From the NCBI GenBank assembly GCA_029821195.1, contig JALGTU010000001.1, forward strand, positions 8,707 to 72,706: 64,000 nucleotides of DNA, given 5' to 3'. The stretch is from Candidatus Zipacnadia bacterium. GTDB lineage: Bacteria; Armatimonadota; Zipacnadia; Zipacnadales; Zipacnadaceae. The notes under the pieces were generated by a model, which did no database searches, had not been told where the DNA came from, and saw only the letters and a list, made by a program, of their open reading frames with translations. Within the stretch, counting starts at the first letter, position 1. Every line of letters starts with the position of its first letter. Below are positions 35,995 to 46,188 of the stretch, piece by piece. Position numbers and translations under genes: made by a program.

Positions 35995-38271
35995 CTAACG
36001 GCCCACGGTCTGGCGGATATTGCCCATAATCTTTTCAACCGAGGGTAGGTTCTCTTCTTCCAGCGGCGCGGCCATTGGCGGCGGGACATTGTGCGCCGCC
36101 ACGATCTTTATCGGCGCGGCAAGGTCGGCAAAGACCTGCTGCTGGACCTGGTAGGCAATATGCTCGCCGAAACAGCCGCGCTCGGGAGCCTGCTGGACGA
36201 CAACCAAGTGCCCGGTCTTGCGCACCGATGCGGCGATGGTGTCCACGTCCAGGGGCACCAGCGTGCGCGGGTCAACCACCTCGACCGAGATGTCATCCTC
36301 AGCTAGCTTCTCAGCAGCCTCCATGGCCCGGTAGTAGAGCCAACTGTAAGCCACTACCGTGCAGTCGGTGCCTTCTCGGGCCACGCGAGCTACCCCTATC
36401 GGCACAGTATACTCCTCGTTGGGCACCTCCCCGCGCTCGGTCAGCGCGTGCTGGTGCTCGATATAAATCACCGGGTTATCGTCGCGGATGGCCGATTTGA
36501 TGAGGCCTTTGGCATCGTACGCTGTCGCCGGCGCTACGACCTTCAGGCCCGGGAACATCGTCACGACCGCCTCCAGGCTCTGCGAGTGCTGGCCGGCATA
36601 GCCGCGGCCGCCGCCAACCGAGGTGCGAATGACCAAGGGGATCTTGGCCTTACCGCCGAACATATAACGATTCTTGGCGGCCTGGTTGCCGACCTGGTCC
36701 ATCGCCATTAGAATGAAATCAATGTACATCAACTCGACGACGGGCCGCAGCCCGACCATCGCCGCCCCGACCCCCGTACCAACAATGGCCGCTTCAGAGA
36801 TAGCAGCATTGAAGATGCGCTCACGGCCGAATATGTCAATAATGCCCCGGGTAACCCCAAAAGCACCACCGTAATCAGCGACATCCTCGCCGTACAGGAT
36901 AACGCGCCGGTCGCGCAGCATCTCTTCGACCAGCCCCTCATTAACCGCATGCCGGTACAGAATCGTCCTCGCGCCCTTCCCACCGCGCTTCCGGACCTTC
37001 TTCAACAGCTTCTCTTCCGGCGTCGCCCATTGCGGATCCAACTTGTCGCTGGTCGTATCGGCGAACAGGCCATCGTAGATATCCCTGGGATCAGGATCGG
37101 TGGCATTGCCTGCGAAAATAGCTGCGTCGTGGATGCGCTGGGCCGCTGCGCTCTCCTGCGCCTTCAGTTCTTCCTGCGTGGCCACACCGTGCGCCAGAAG
37201 CTGTGCCCGGAACTGCCCGAGCGGGTCGCAATCATGCCACATCTGCTCCTCTTCTTTGCTGCGATAGCTCTCGCGGGTATCGGACAGCGAGTGGCCCATA
37301 TAACGATAAGTGTGGCATTCGAGCATCACCGGGCCCCGGCCACTGCGACATAGCTCAGCAGCTCGGCGCACCGCATCGTGCACCGCCAGCACATCCATGC
37401 CAGTTACGCCCTCAGCGTGCATGTTGACGTCATTGTAGCCCGCACCGCGCTGCGCCAGATACTTGACCCCGGTCACCTCACCCTGCTGCTGACCGGTCAT
37501 ACCATACTGATTGTTCTCGATAAGATAGATCACCGGCGTGCCCTTCTTAAACTGCGCCATCGCCGCGAAATTGTACGATTCGTGGGCAATACCGTTGTTG
37601 GCCGCGCCGTCGCCGACCATACACAGCACCAGCCGGTCGGTGCCCTGCTTCTGGCAGCCCATCGCCGCACCGGTTGCTATTGCGTAAGAGCCGCCGACAA
37701 TGGCGTTGGCGCCGAGGTGTCCGGCGTGGAAGTCAGCAATGTGCATTCCCCCACCACGACCTCGGCAGTAGCCTTCTTCCTTGCCGAAGAGCTCGGCCAT
37801 CGTACGGTTGAGATGCTCCTGGAGTGCCAAACTCCACAGCTCCTCGGCGCTGGCCCCGGCGACCTCTCGGCCAATGAACTCCGCCAGTTGCTCGGGCGGC
37901 TGCCCGCGTAGCCAGTAGATGCCCTTGGCGATCGAGTGACCGTGGCCGCGGTGCGTACTGGTGATGTAGTCGTCGGGCCGGATCGCTGACATCGCCCCGA
38001 CAGCAACCGCCTCCTGTCCCAGCGATAGATGTGTAGCTCCGATGAACTTGAAACCGGGCAGCGGCGCGAACTTGCCACCCTTTAGCTGCACGATCATCTG
38101 CTCAAACTCGCGGATGAGCAGCATACATTCATACAGACCCAACGCCTCTGCGGCGGTCATCCCCCGGGCTAGCTCGTCCCCCAGATCACCCTGGTAGGTA
38201 AACAGCGGCACCGGCGGGAACGTGATCTCCTGGGGTGTGAAGATAGGACGAACGTCAATGTCTTTAGGCAT
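35995..38271 (-). CDS. Fused alpha/beta E1 component of a 2-oxoacid (pyruvate/acetoin-type) dehydrogenase, TPP-dependent.
   Basis: The N-terminal half carries the E1-alpha TPP motif (GDGAANNG..N). The C-terminal half is E1-beta / transketolase-C-like. GGAGG RBS. Confidence 0.85.
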   Translation of the reverse strand: MPKDIDVRPIFTPQEITFPPVPLFTYQGDLGDELARGMTAAEALGLYECMLLIREFEQMIVQLKGGKFAPLPGFKFIGATHLSLGQEAVAVGAMSAIRPDDYITSTHRGHGHSIAKGIYWLRGQPPEQLAEFIGREVAGASAEELWSLALQEHLNRTMAELFGKEEGYCRGRGGGMHIADFHAGHLGANAIVGGSYAIATGAAMGCQKQGTDRLVLCMVGDGAANNGIAHESYNFAAMAQFKKGTPVIYLIENNQYGMTGQQQGEVTGVKYLAQRGAGYNDVNMHAEGVTGMDVLAVHDAVRRAAELCRSGRGPVMLECHTYRYMGHSLSDTRESYRSKEEEQMWHDCDPLGQFRAQLLAHGVATQEELKAQESAAAQRIHDAAIFAGNATDPDPRDIYDGLFADTTSDKLDPQWATPEEKLLKKVRKRGGKGARTILYRHAVNEGLVEEMLRDRRVILYGEDVADYGGAFGVTRGIIDIFGRERIFNAAISEAAIVGTGVGAAMVGLRPVVELMYIDFILMAMDQVGNQAAKNRYMFGGKAKIPLVIRTSVGGGRGYAGQHSQSLEAVVTMFPGLKVVAPATAYDAKGLIKSAIRDDNPVIYIEHQHALTERGEVPNEEYTVPIGVARVAREGTDCTVVAYSWLYYRAMEAAEKLAEDDISVEVVDPRTLVPLDVDTIAASVRKTGHLVVVQQAPERGCFGEHIAYQVQQQVFADLAAPIKIVAAHNVPPPMAAPLEEENLPSVEKIMGNIRQTVGR
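36050..36186. repeat. Direct repeat copy B (3' end of the intact E1 gene).
   Basis: See copy A. Confidence 0.85.
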
Positions 38272-38463
38272 AGCGCTTTCCTCCAGTTACGTACTACTAC
38301 GACAACTCGGCACGATGTTCCGATGCGGCCGATTGCTATACTGAATTGCACAATAGACTTCGCGGCGCGGCACTAATTACCTGCCTACCTGGTAGTAACT
38401 ACTCAGTCGGACACCCTCCGGCCTACGCCACCGGCAAACGACTAGGGAATCGCCAGAAGTGGG

Positions 38464-39813
38464 TCAATCGCCGTCGGTGGCGGGCGCAGCGCGATCCAGC
38501 CTCCGCCGCAGATTGACGGCGCCGCACCGGGTAGTCTCATCTGCGCTGCGCTCGATAGACTCGGCAATCGAGGTCAGACGAGGGAGAATATCCCGGCATA
38601 CCGGCTCGGTCGCTGCCCAAGCCGGCAGCTTATTCCAGAAGTCACAGGCCTGCGCCGCCAGGCTTAGCGCCTCCGCAGGCTTCTCTTCGATTTGTAGCAG
38701 CCAGGCCATAGCGGTGTGCGCGTATACACAAGCCAGTTCATCGCCCGCCCGCTGGACCCGAAATACCAGGCGAGCCCGGTCCGTCTTATCCTGCTCGAGC
38801 AGGTGCAGCGCCACTACGCCGCCCGCCAGTGCGTTGCGACTGCCGCCGGCGAGCGCCTGGGTCATATAGCGAAACGCGCTCTCGTGCTCCCCGGCCAGGA
38901 CCATTATCCGACCCGCCGTCTCCAGGACATTGAGACTAGTAGGATCGTGATCAACCGCCTGGTGGGCACCGGCGACGGCCGCGGACCAATCGTCCGCCCG
39001 TGCTGCAACCTCGCAGCCCAGCAGCAGCCCGCCAGCCGAGCCAGGGTCGAGGGAGTCCAGCTTATCTATCGCCCATTGCGCACAGGCCGTATTGTCTTCG
39101 TCTAGACTGTGCTGGGCAACAATCCGCCAGCCGCGCGGCAGCATACTCTCCGGGAGCACTGCCAGCAGCCGTTCCGCCTCCCCGCGCTTGCCGATTTTAG
39201 CCAGATAGTAGCCAAATTCCAGCAGCATCCCCGTATTGCGGGGGCGCTTGGCCAGACTACCGCGAACAGTCGCCTTGTCCACCCAGCCCTGTTGGCCAAG
39301 CAGGGCCAGCGACATTATCAACCGCAGGTCCGGCGTGGCGAGCCCGTACTCGGCCGCCCGTTTCATGGCGTTCTCCGCCAGCGGGAAGCGTCCGGTTCGC
39401 AGGTACGACCAGCCCAGCGCCGACCAGTACTGCTGCTCGTGTCTGGGACGTTCGATGTCCTGGCCGAGTTGCTCCAAGGCACCGATAGCCTGATCGTAAC
39501 GACCGGCCATAGTCAGCGCTACCGCCCAGTCCAGGTGCACGGTTTCGTCGTCGGGGGCAACGCGGTGGGCACGATGCAGCAGTTTCAGCGCTTCGTCCGT
39601 AGCGCCAGCAGAGAACATCCGCAGGCCCCGGAGGTAGTCACGATACGCCCGCATCCGCAAGTTGTTGGGCTGCATGCGGACTGCACCGCCCAGCAGCGGG
39701 CGCGCCACGCCCCGGCCGATCGGGCCCAAGGCCAGCGCCGCTTGCGCCAACCCATACAACAGCCAGCCAATAGCCCACTTCAGTACAACCAGCAGAAGCG
39801 CCAGCCTCATCAC
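38464..39813 (-). CDS. TPR-repeat protein with an N-terminal membrane anchor.
   Basis: N-terminal TM segment followed by repeated TPR-like helical pairs. Confidence 0.6.
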   Translation of the reverse strand: MMRLALLLVVLKWAIGWLLYGLAQAALALGPIGRGVARPLLGGAVRMQPNNLRMRAYRDYLRGLRMFSAGATDEALKLLHRAHRVAPDDETVHLDWAVALTMAGRYDQAIGALEQLGQDIERPRHEQQYWSALGWSYLRTGRFPLAENAMKRAAEYGLATPDLRLIMSLALLGQQGWVDKATVRGSLAKRPRNTGMLLEFGYYLAKIGKRGEAERLLAVLPESMLPRGWRIVAQHSLDEDNTACAQWAIDKLDSLDPGSAGGLLLGCEVAARADDWSAAVAGAHQAVDHDPTSLNVLETAGRIMVLAGEHESAFRYMTQALAGGSRNALAGGVVALHLLEQDKTDRARLVFRVQRAGDELACVYAHTAMAWLLQIEEKPAEALSLAAQACDFWNKLPAWAATEPVCRDILPRLTSIAESIERSADETTRCGAVNLRRRLDRAAPATDGD

Positions 39814-39816
39814 GGC

Positions 39817-40368
39817 TCAGCCCAAATCTGCGTCTCGCGGGAATATGCTGCCTCCGTGTAGATCGTAAGCCACCAACACGGGCAGCCCCACTACCACCAA
39901 CCTGCGAATCGCCTCCGGACCGAGTTCCGGATAGGCGACCATCTCAGCTTCAGTCACAAACGAGGAAAGCAGGGCACCGGCTCCGCCCGTAGCCACCAGG
40001 TATAGGCAGCCGTACTCCCGGCAGGCCTCGCGCACCTCCCGGGAGCGCTGGCCCTTGCCGATAGTGGCTCGCACCCCCGCCGCATACAGCCGGGGCGCGA
40101 AGGCGTCCATCCGCGAACTCGTAGTCGGCCCGGCTGCTCCCAGCGGTCGCCCCGGAGGCGCGGGAGTAGGACCGCAGTAGTATATGACCGCCCCGTCTAG
40201 CTCGATTGCCAGCCCCTCTGCCCCATCGAGCGCTGTGACCAGCCGCTGGTGCGCAGCATCGCGCGCGGTGTAGACGACGCCAGTCAGTTCTACGGCATCC
40301 CCGGCGTGCAGGTCACCGATAACCTCGGCGGTCAGCGGCAACTGGATTTGCTTGGCGTCCAAGGACAA
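39817..40368 (-). CDS. Class I fumarate hydratase / L(+)-tartrate dehydratase beta subunit.
   Basis: ...LPLTAEVIGDLHAGDAVELTGVVYTARDAAHQRL... is the beta-subunit signature. The ORF-track N-terminal 128 aa is a GC-artefact extension. Proposed TTG start at 40368, after GGGAGG. Confidence 0.7.
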   Translation of the reverse strand: MSLDAKQIQLPLTAEVIGDLHAGDAVELTGVVYTARDAAHQRLVTALDGAEGLAIELDGAVIYYCGPTPAPPGRPLGAAGPTTSSRMDAFAPRLYAAGVRATIGKGQRSREVREACREYGCLYLVATGGAGALLSSFVTEAEMVAYPELGPEAIRRLVVVGLPVLVAYDLHGGSIFPRDADLG

Positions 40369-40388
40369 GAGCTGTAGTACCTCCCAAG

Positions 40389-41234
40389 CTAAAGCGCCGC
40401 CGTGCCGTGTCGGGCGGCGTGGCACTGCACGTTCAGCGCGACCGGCAGACTGGCGATATGGCACGGATGGCTGAGCACGTGCACCGCCAGCGCCGTATCG
40501 GCGCCGCCCAGCCCCATCGGCCCCACACCCGTCGCATTGACCGCGGCCAGAATCTCCTGCTCCAGGTCGGCCAGCTCGGGGACCTCGCTGGGCTGACCCA
40601 GGGGCCGGAAAAGCGCTTCTTTGGCGAGCAGGGCCGCCTTTTCGAGATCGCCGCCGATCCCCACCCCCAGAATCAACGGCGGGCAAGGTTTGCCCCCCGC
40701 CTCTTGAATGCGCTCGGCAATCGCCTCGACGACGCGCTTCTTCCCAGCGGTCGGCGTGAGCATCCACAGCGCGCTCATATTCTCGCTACCGCCGCCTTTG
40801 GCCGCCAGGTGCAGCCGCAACTGATCGCCCGGCACCACACGCAGATGCACGATCGCCGGTGTGTTGTCGCCGGTATTAGTATCGCGCTTCAGCGGATTGG
40901 CCACCACCGATGGTCGCAGGTAGCCTTCGCGATATCCCTGACGAACCCCAGCGTCAATGGCCGCATATACATCGTCCCCGACCAGGTGAACCTCCTGGCC
41001 CATTTCGACGAAGACTACTACCAACCCGGTGTCCTGGCAATAGGGGATGCGCTCCTCGCGCGCCAGGCGAGCATTGTCCAGGAGCTGATCCAGAACCAAC
41101 CGGGCGACGTCGCTCGTCGCACTCTCACGGATGCGGCGCAGCGCCGCTACCACCTCTGCGGGCAACTCGAAGTTGATCCGCTGGCATAGCTCAGCGACCG
41201 CTTCAGTTATCTGTGACGACTCAATTTCGCGCAT
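40389..41234 (-). CDS. Class I fumarate hydratase / tartrate dehydratase alpha subunit (Fe-S hydro-lyase).
   Basis: CQDTG motif and Cys ligands of the [4Fe-4S] hydro-lyase alpha domain. Confidence 0.85.
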   Translation of the reverse strand: MREIESSQITEAVAELCQRINFELPAEVVAALRRIRESATSDVARLVLDQLLDNARLAREERIPYCQDTGLVVVFVEMGQEVHLVGDDVYAAIDAGVRQGYREGYLRPSVVANPLKRDTNTGDNTPAIVHLRVVPGDQLRLHLAAKGGGSENMSALWMLTPTAGKKRVVEAIAERIQEAGGKPCPPLILGVGIGGDLEKAALLAKEALFRPLGQPSEVPELADLEQEILAAVNATGVGPMGLGGADTALAVHVLSHPCHIASLPVALNVQCHAARHGTAAL

Positions 41235-41253
41235 GATTCCCGCTCGACTGGTC

Positions 41254-42954
41254 TTAGTCGGGCTGGTGCTCCATTAGATCATCCGGGGACTTGCCCGCAG
41301 GAATCATCGGAAAGACGTTCTCCTCCTTAACCACCGCGAAGTCAATGAACACCGGGCGGTCGTCCACCTCCATAGCCTTCTCGATGGCAGCGCGGACCTC
41401 CTCAGGAGCCCCCACCTTTATCCCCACCGCACCGTACGCCTCGGCCACACGGACGAAGTCGGGGTTGCCGGTCAGGTCAGTGCCGCTGTAGCGGCGGTCG
41501 TAGAATAGCTCCTGCCACTGGCGCACCATCCCCAGGTATGAGTTGTTCAGAATCGCCACCTTCACCGGCAGCTTATTGATCACCGCAGTGGCCAGCTCCT
41601 GGATGTTCATCTGGATCGAGCCGTCGCCAGCGATGTCCCAGACCACCGCGTCGGGACAACCCATCTGGGCGCCGATGGCCGCCGGGAAGCCGTAGCCCAT
41701 CGTGCCCAGACCGCCCGAGCTGAGGAAGTGCCGCGGCCTGTCCACCTTGTAGTACTGCGCCGCCCACATCTGGTTCTGCCCTACTTCGGTGGTAATGATA
41801 GCCTCGCCGCCGGTGACCTCGTAGATCTGCTCCACCACGTACTGCGGCGCGATGCCCTCCGGGGGTTGAGTGTAGCGCAAGGGATGGTCTTTCTGCCACT
41901 GCGCCATCTGCTCTTCCCACTCGCCCCGTGGGCGTGGCTGGACCTGCGGCACGAGCTGCGCGAGCACCTCGCGCGCGTCACCCGCGATGGCCACGTCCGG
42001 CTGCACCACCTTATTGTGCTCGGCTGGATCAATGTCAATGTGGATGATCTCCGCGCCCTGGGCGAACTTGCTCAGATCGCCGGTCACCCGGTCGTCAAAG
42101 CGGACACCGATAGCGATGATGAGTCCAGCGTCACGCAGCCCATAGCAGGCCGGCACCACACCGTGCATCCCCGGCATCCCCGCCGACAGCAAATGAGTCT
42201 CTGGGAAGGCGCCCTTGCCCATCAACGTATGCACCACGTAAATGTTGGCCTTTTCGGCGAGTTCCTTAATCAGATCAGCAGCGCCCGAGGCGATGACTCC
42301 GCCGCCAATGTACAGAATTGGCTTCTCGGCCCGGCTAATCATCGCCGCCGCCTGGGTAATGGCCTCCGGATCACCCTTCTCAGGCGGACGGTAGCCACGC
42401 AGGTTGCTGACATCCCGTTCGGTCCACACCCCCGGCCCCGCACTGACGTCCGCAGGCAGATCAATGAGCACCGGGCCGGGCCGACCCGTCCGAGCGATGA
42501 AGAAAGCCTCCCGCACTACGTGAGCCAGTTCAGCCGGGTCTTTGACCAGGTAATTGTGCTTGGTTATTGGCACTGTGACACCGGTGGTGTCGGCCTCCTG
42601 GAAGGCATCTGTACCGATGGCCGCAGTCTTTACCTGGCCGGTGATCGCTACCACGGGGATCGAGTCCATGTGCGCGGTGCACAGCCCCGTGACCAGGTTC
42701 AGCGCCCCCGGACCGCTGGTTGCCGTGCATACCCCGACCCGGCCGGTGGCCCGCGCATAACCGTCGGCGGCATGGGCGGCGCCCTGTTCGTGGCGCGTCA
42801 GGATGAAGCGAAGCTCGCCGGCCTCGGTCTTGTGGTAGAGCTTGTCGAAGACCGGAATCGTCGCACCGCCGGGTATGCCAAATACTACTTCGACGCCTTC
42901 TTCCTCGAAGACGCGCAATAGCACATCCGCGCCGGTCATTTGCTCAGTTGCCAT
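41254..42954 (-). CDS. ilvB: Acetolactate synthase large subunit.
   Basis: TPP and FAD-binding motifs (GIPGGA, GSGxxG, GDGS..N). Confidence 0.9.
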   Translation of the reverse strand: MATEQMTGADVLLRVFEEEGVEVVFGIPGGATIPVFDKLYHKTEAGELRFILTRHEQGAAHAADGYARATGRVGVCTATSGPGALNLVTGLCTAHMDSIPVVAITGQVKTAAIGTDAFQEADTTGVTVPITKHNYLVKDPAELAHVVREAFFIARTGRPGPVLIDLPADVSAGPGVWTERDVSNLRGYRPPEKGDPEAITQAAAMISRAEKPILYIGGGVIASGAADLIKELAEKANIYVVHTLMGKGAFPETHLLSAGMPGMHGVVPACYGLRDAGLIIAIGVRFDDRVTGDLSKFAQGAEIIHIDIDPAEHNKVVQPDVAIAGDAREVLAQLVPQVQPRPRGEWEEQMAQWQKDHPLRYTQPPEGIAPQYVVEQIYEVTGGEAIITTEVGQNQMWAAQYYKVDRPRHFLSSGGLGTMGYGFPAAIGAQMGCPDAVVWDIAGDGSIQMNIQELATAVINKLPVKVAILNNSYLGMVRQWQELFYDRRYSGTDLTGNPDFVRVAEAYGAVGIKVGAPEEVRAAIEKAMEVDDRPVFIDFAVVKEENVFPMIPAGKSPDDLMEHQPD

Positions 42955-42993
42955 TAGTCATTCGCCTCCTTGTGCCTTGTCTGTATATAGCCG

Positions 42994-44646
42994 CTACTCC
43001 ATCACTGCGCCGGATGCGGCGCTGGTGACATTCTTAGCGTAGCGCGCCAGCCAGCCGGTCTTGATCTTCGGCTCCGGCGGCTGCCAGTCAGCGCGGCGCC
43101 GCTCCAATTCCCCTTCCTCTACCAGCAGCTCCAGCCGCCGCTCGTCCAGGTTTACCTCGATCTCGTCGCCGTCCTGGACCAGGGCCAGCAGGCCACCCGC
43201 TGCGGCTTCCGGCGAGATATGCCCGATGCATAGGCCCCTGGTTCCACCAGAGAAGCGGCCATCGGTCAGCAGCCCGACCGTCTCGGCCTTGCCCATTCCC
43301 GCTAGCGCCGCGGTCGGATTCAGACCCTCGCGCATCCCCGGTCCACCCTGGGGGCCCTCGTAGCGGATGATTATCCATGAGCCGTCGGCGATCTCGTCGG
43401 CCAGAATCGAGGCCATAGCGGCCTCCTCGCGGTCGAAACAGGCCGCCTGGCCCCGGAACGTGCGCATCTTCTCCGAGACCGCCGACTGCTTTATCACCGC
43501 CCCATCGGAGCAGAGATTGCCCCGCAGCACCGCAATCCCGCCTTCCGGCGCGTAAGCTTTGTCCACAGAACGGATAACATCGTTGTCAACGACGCGGCCC
43601 TCGGCGGCGATTTCCTTGATTGACTTGCCGCTGACGGTGGGGTTATCGTCGAGCATATCACTGAGCACCGACAGGACCGCCGGAATGCCGCCAGCCCAGT
43701 CGAGGTCCTCCATCATATACTCACCGCCCGGTCGCAGCGAGCAGATCTGCGGCGTGGCCTGGCTGATCTGGTCAAAGACCTCCAGCTCGATATCCACGCC
43801 CGCCTCGTGGGCGATGGCCGGGATGTGCAGGCAGGTATTGGTCGAGCCGCCCATCGCCATATCAATGCGGATGGCGTTGCGGACAGACGACTCGGTGATA
43901 ATCTGGCGCGTGGTGATGTCGTGATTCACCAGCTCCATAATACGCTCGCCGCTATCGTAGGCGAAGCGCTCGCGCTTGGCTGAGCCGGCCAGCGCTGTCG
44001 CCGAACCGGCCAGGCTCATGCCCATCGCCTCGGTCACGCAGGCCATCGTATTGGCCGTGTATAGCCCCTGACAGGAGCCCTGGCCCGGGCAGGCCTCTAT
44101 CTCCAGTGCTGCGACATCGTCTTCAGTAATCTCGCCCGCCTGGGCGCGACCAATTGCCTCGAACGTATCGCGCACCAGTGAGAGCCTCCGGCCCTCGTAC
44201 CGGCCGGACATCATTGGCCCAGCCGTGACCACAATTGCCGGAATGTCCAGCCGCCCGGCCGCCATCAACATGCCCGGAGTGATCTTGTCGCAGTCGGTCA
44301 GCAATACCAGCCCGTCCAGCGCATGGGCCAGCGCCATTGACTCGACAATATCAGCAATCAGCTCGCGCGAGGGCAGGGAGTAGAACATACCCAGGTGCCC
44401 CATCGCTACACCATCGCAGATCGCCGGCACGCCGAAGTTGAGCGGCACTCCGCCTCCGGCGGCAATACCTAGCTCAACCGCGCGCTGGAGCCGGCGCATC
44501 CCGATATGCCCCGGTACCAGGTCCGAAAAGCTGTTGGCGATGCCAATAAACGGCTTGTCCAGTTGCTCGCGGGTTATCCCGCAAGCATGAATCAACGCCC
44601 GCGCCCCCGCTCGCTCCAGTCCTTTTTTCGCTCGATCACTGCGCAT
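42994..44646 (-). CDS. ilvD: Dihydroxy-acid dehydratase.
   Basis: [30 protein letters not shown]. Confidence 0.9.
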   Translation of the reverse strand: MRSDRAKKGLERAGARALIHACGITREQLDKPFIGIANSFSDLVPGHIGMRRLQRAVELGIAAGGGVPLNFGVPAICDGVAMGHLGMFYSLPSRELIADIVESMALAHALDGLVLLTDCDKITPGMLMAAGRLDIPAIVVTAGPMMSGRYEGRRLSLVRDTFEAIGRAQAGEITEDDVAALEIEACPGQGSCQGLYTANTMACVTEAMGMSLAGSATALAGSAKRERFAYDSGERIMELVNHDITTRQIITESSVRNAIRIDMAMGGSTNTCLHIPAIAHEAGVDIELEVFDQISQATPQICSLRPGGEYMMEDLDWAGGIPAVLSVLSDMLDDNPTVSGKSIKEIAAEGRVVDNDVIRSVDKAYAPEGGIAVLRGNLCSDGAVIKQSAVSEKMRTFRGQAACFDREEAAMASILADEIADGSWIIIRYEGPQGGPGMREGLNPTAALAGMGKAETVGLLTDGRFSGGTRGLCIGHISPEAAAGGLLALVQDGDEIEVNLDERRLELLVEEGELERRRADWQPPEPKIKTGWLARYAKNVTSAASGAVME

Positions 44647-44946
44647 AACGACACCTCTTTCCAGTTGCCATTGAATGCAAAAAGCCTCTCATCCCCATTG
44701 GGACGAGAGGCCGATATAAAGCAACTCCCGCGGTACCACCCAAGTTCCCCGCCGTAGCCTTGGCGAAGGCGGGACTCTCTGACGCTGTAACGGGCGCATC
44801 CCGGTTCCGCTTACTGAATTCGGCGGAACAGCTCAAGGGCGACGTTCTGCGGACCGAGGCGCCGGCACTTTCACCTTACCACCGGCTCGCTGTAGCCTCC
44901 GCTCCCCGCATACTCCTCCCCATCACAGCCAATATCACACAACTTT
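44647..44946 (-). promoter_or_regulatory. T-box riboswitch leader of ilvD-ilvB, candidate Val (GUC) specifier.
   Basis: On the minus-strand RNA: a K-turn-like GUGAUGG; a Stem I distal hairpin GCCGG-UGGUAAGGUGAAAGU-GCCGGC; a specifier-loop AGAAC-GUC-G; F-box CCGUUA (+44788..44793); the T-box UGGGUGGUACCGCGGG (+44727..44742); and a terminator GCCUCUC-N14-GAGAGGC followed by UUUUU (+44679..44711) immediately before the ilvD ATG. Confidence 0.8.
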
Positions 44947-44952
44947 GAGTTG

Positions 44953-44981
44953 AGTATACCCCAACCCGCCTGATCTGTCAA
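44953..44981 (-). promoter_or_regulatory. Consensus sigma70 promoter TTGACA-N17-TATACT driving the T-box leader.
   Basis: -35 at +44976..44981 (rc) and -10 at +44953..44958 (rc). Confidence 0.65.
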
Positions 44982-45028
44982 CCCCGTAGGGCCGGCTTCG
45001 GTAGGACAGGCGACTCGCCGGTCCACGG

Positions 45029-46144
45029 TCAGTCCGTCGTCAATATCGCCACCAGCCACTCAAAGCACTGCACCATGCTGGGGATGTGCAGGAGCTCGTC
45101 GGTAGTGTGGGGACGATGTGCACCAGTGGCAACAATCACACTGGGGATGCCATGCTCGTTGAAGATATTGGCGTCGCTGCCACCCCCGCCCTTGTTGAGC
45201 CGGGGCTCCAGGCCCACCTGCTGTGCAGCGGCCATCCCGCGCTGCACCACCAGGTCGTCCGGACCCAGGGCAAAGCCGTTGTAGCTACGCTCCCGCTCGC
45301 TCTCTACCGTTGCCCCACGTTCAGCCGCTGCCTCTTCGACCATCTGGGACATGTGCCGACTTTGCGCAACCAGTTTTTCTTCCTGGTGACTACGCGCTTC
45401 GCCCTGGAACTGGGTCAGCTCCGGGACGATATTGGTGGCCGTGCCGCCCTCAATTTTCCCGATGTTGGCGGTGCACTCATCATCCAGCCGGCCCAGCTTC
45501 ATCTGGGCTATCGCCTCGGCCGCGATCTGGATGGAGTTAATCCCTTTCTCCGGCTCAACGCCGGCGTGAGCCGCTTTTCCGCGCACTTCAAACTCGATCT
45601 TATCGGCATAAGGCGCCTGCGTAGTCATCTCTCCGGGAGTGATGCCGCCGTCGAGCACATAGGCGATCTCGGGCCGCGGCTGAAGCATCTGGAAATCAAG
45701 GGCCCGCGCTCCGACTAGGCCGACCTCCTCGGCAACAGTAAAGACCACAACCAACTCGCCGTGGGGCAGGTTGTCCGCGTCGAGCTTGCGCAGGGCGGCC
45801 AGCATTATGGTGAGGCCGGCCTTCGCGTCGGCGCCAAGGATGGTATCGCCCGCGCTGCGAACTTCGTCACCCTCGACGACCGGCTGGATACCAGTGTCAT
45901 CCCCGACCGTATCCAGGTGCGAGTTGATCATTATGACGGGGTAACCGTCAGCGCTGGCCGGGACCCGAAAGATCAGATTGTCGCAGTCGCCGTCAATCCG
46001 CGCTGCCGCGCCGTCGCGGCGCGCCTCGAGTCCCAACTCGGCCATCTTCCCCACAATAACCTCCGCAAAGGCGGCCTCGTGCCGGGACAGGCTGTCAATC
46101 TGCACCAGTTCGCAGAATTCGCTCACGAGGGCATCTCGGTCCAT
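45029..46144 (-). CDS. M20-family metallopeptidase (peptidase T / tripeptidase-like).
   Basis: HLDTV, GADAKAG, EE and a His ligand. An alternative start at 46192 (ATGA overlap with the glnA stop) would add 16 aa. Confidence 0.8.
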   Translation of the reverse strand: MDRDALVSEFCELVQIDSLSRHEAAFAEVIVGKMAELGLEARRDGAAARIDGDCDNLIFRVPASADGYPVIMINSHLDTVGDDTGIQPVVEGDEVRSAGDTILGADAKAGLTIMLAALRKLDADNLPHGELVVVFTVAEEVGLVGARALDFQMLQPRPEIAYVLDGGITPGEMTTQAPYADKIEFEVRGKAAHAGVEPEKGINSIQIAAEAIAQMKLGRLDDECTANIGKIEGGTATNIVPELTQFQGEARSHQEEKLVAQSRHMSQMVEEAAAERGATVESERERSYNGFALGPDDLVVQRGMAAAQQVGLEPRLNKGGGGSDANIFNEHGIPSVIVATGAHRPHTTDELLHIPSMVQCFEWLVAILTTD

Positions 46145-46188
46145 CTTTCGCCTGCCTTTCTGGGGCTGATGCGGCACTACATGGTAAT

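Noticed and set aside
39817-40767. 316-aa ORF-track call for the fumarase beta gene, with a 128-aa Arg/Gly-rich N-terminus.
   Set aside because: The N-terminal third has no homology and overlaps the alpha-subunit gene. The conserved beta-subunit sequence begins near 40368. The ORF was trimmed to a TTG start after GGGAGG.
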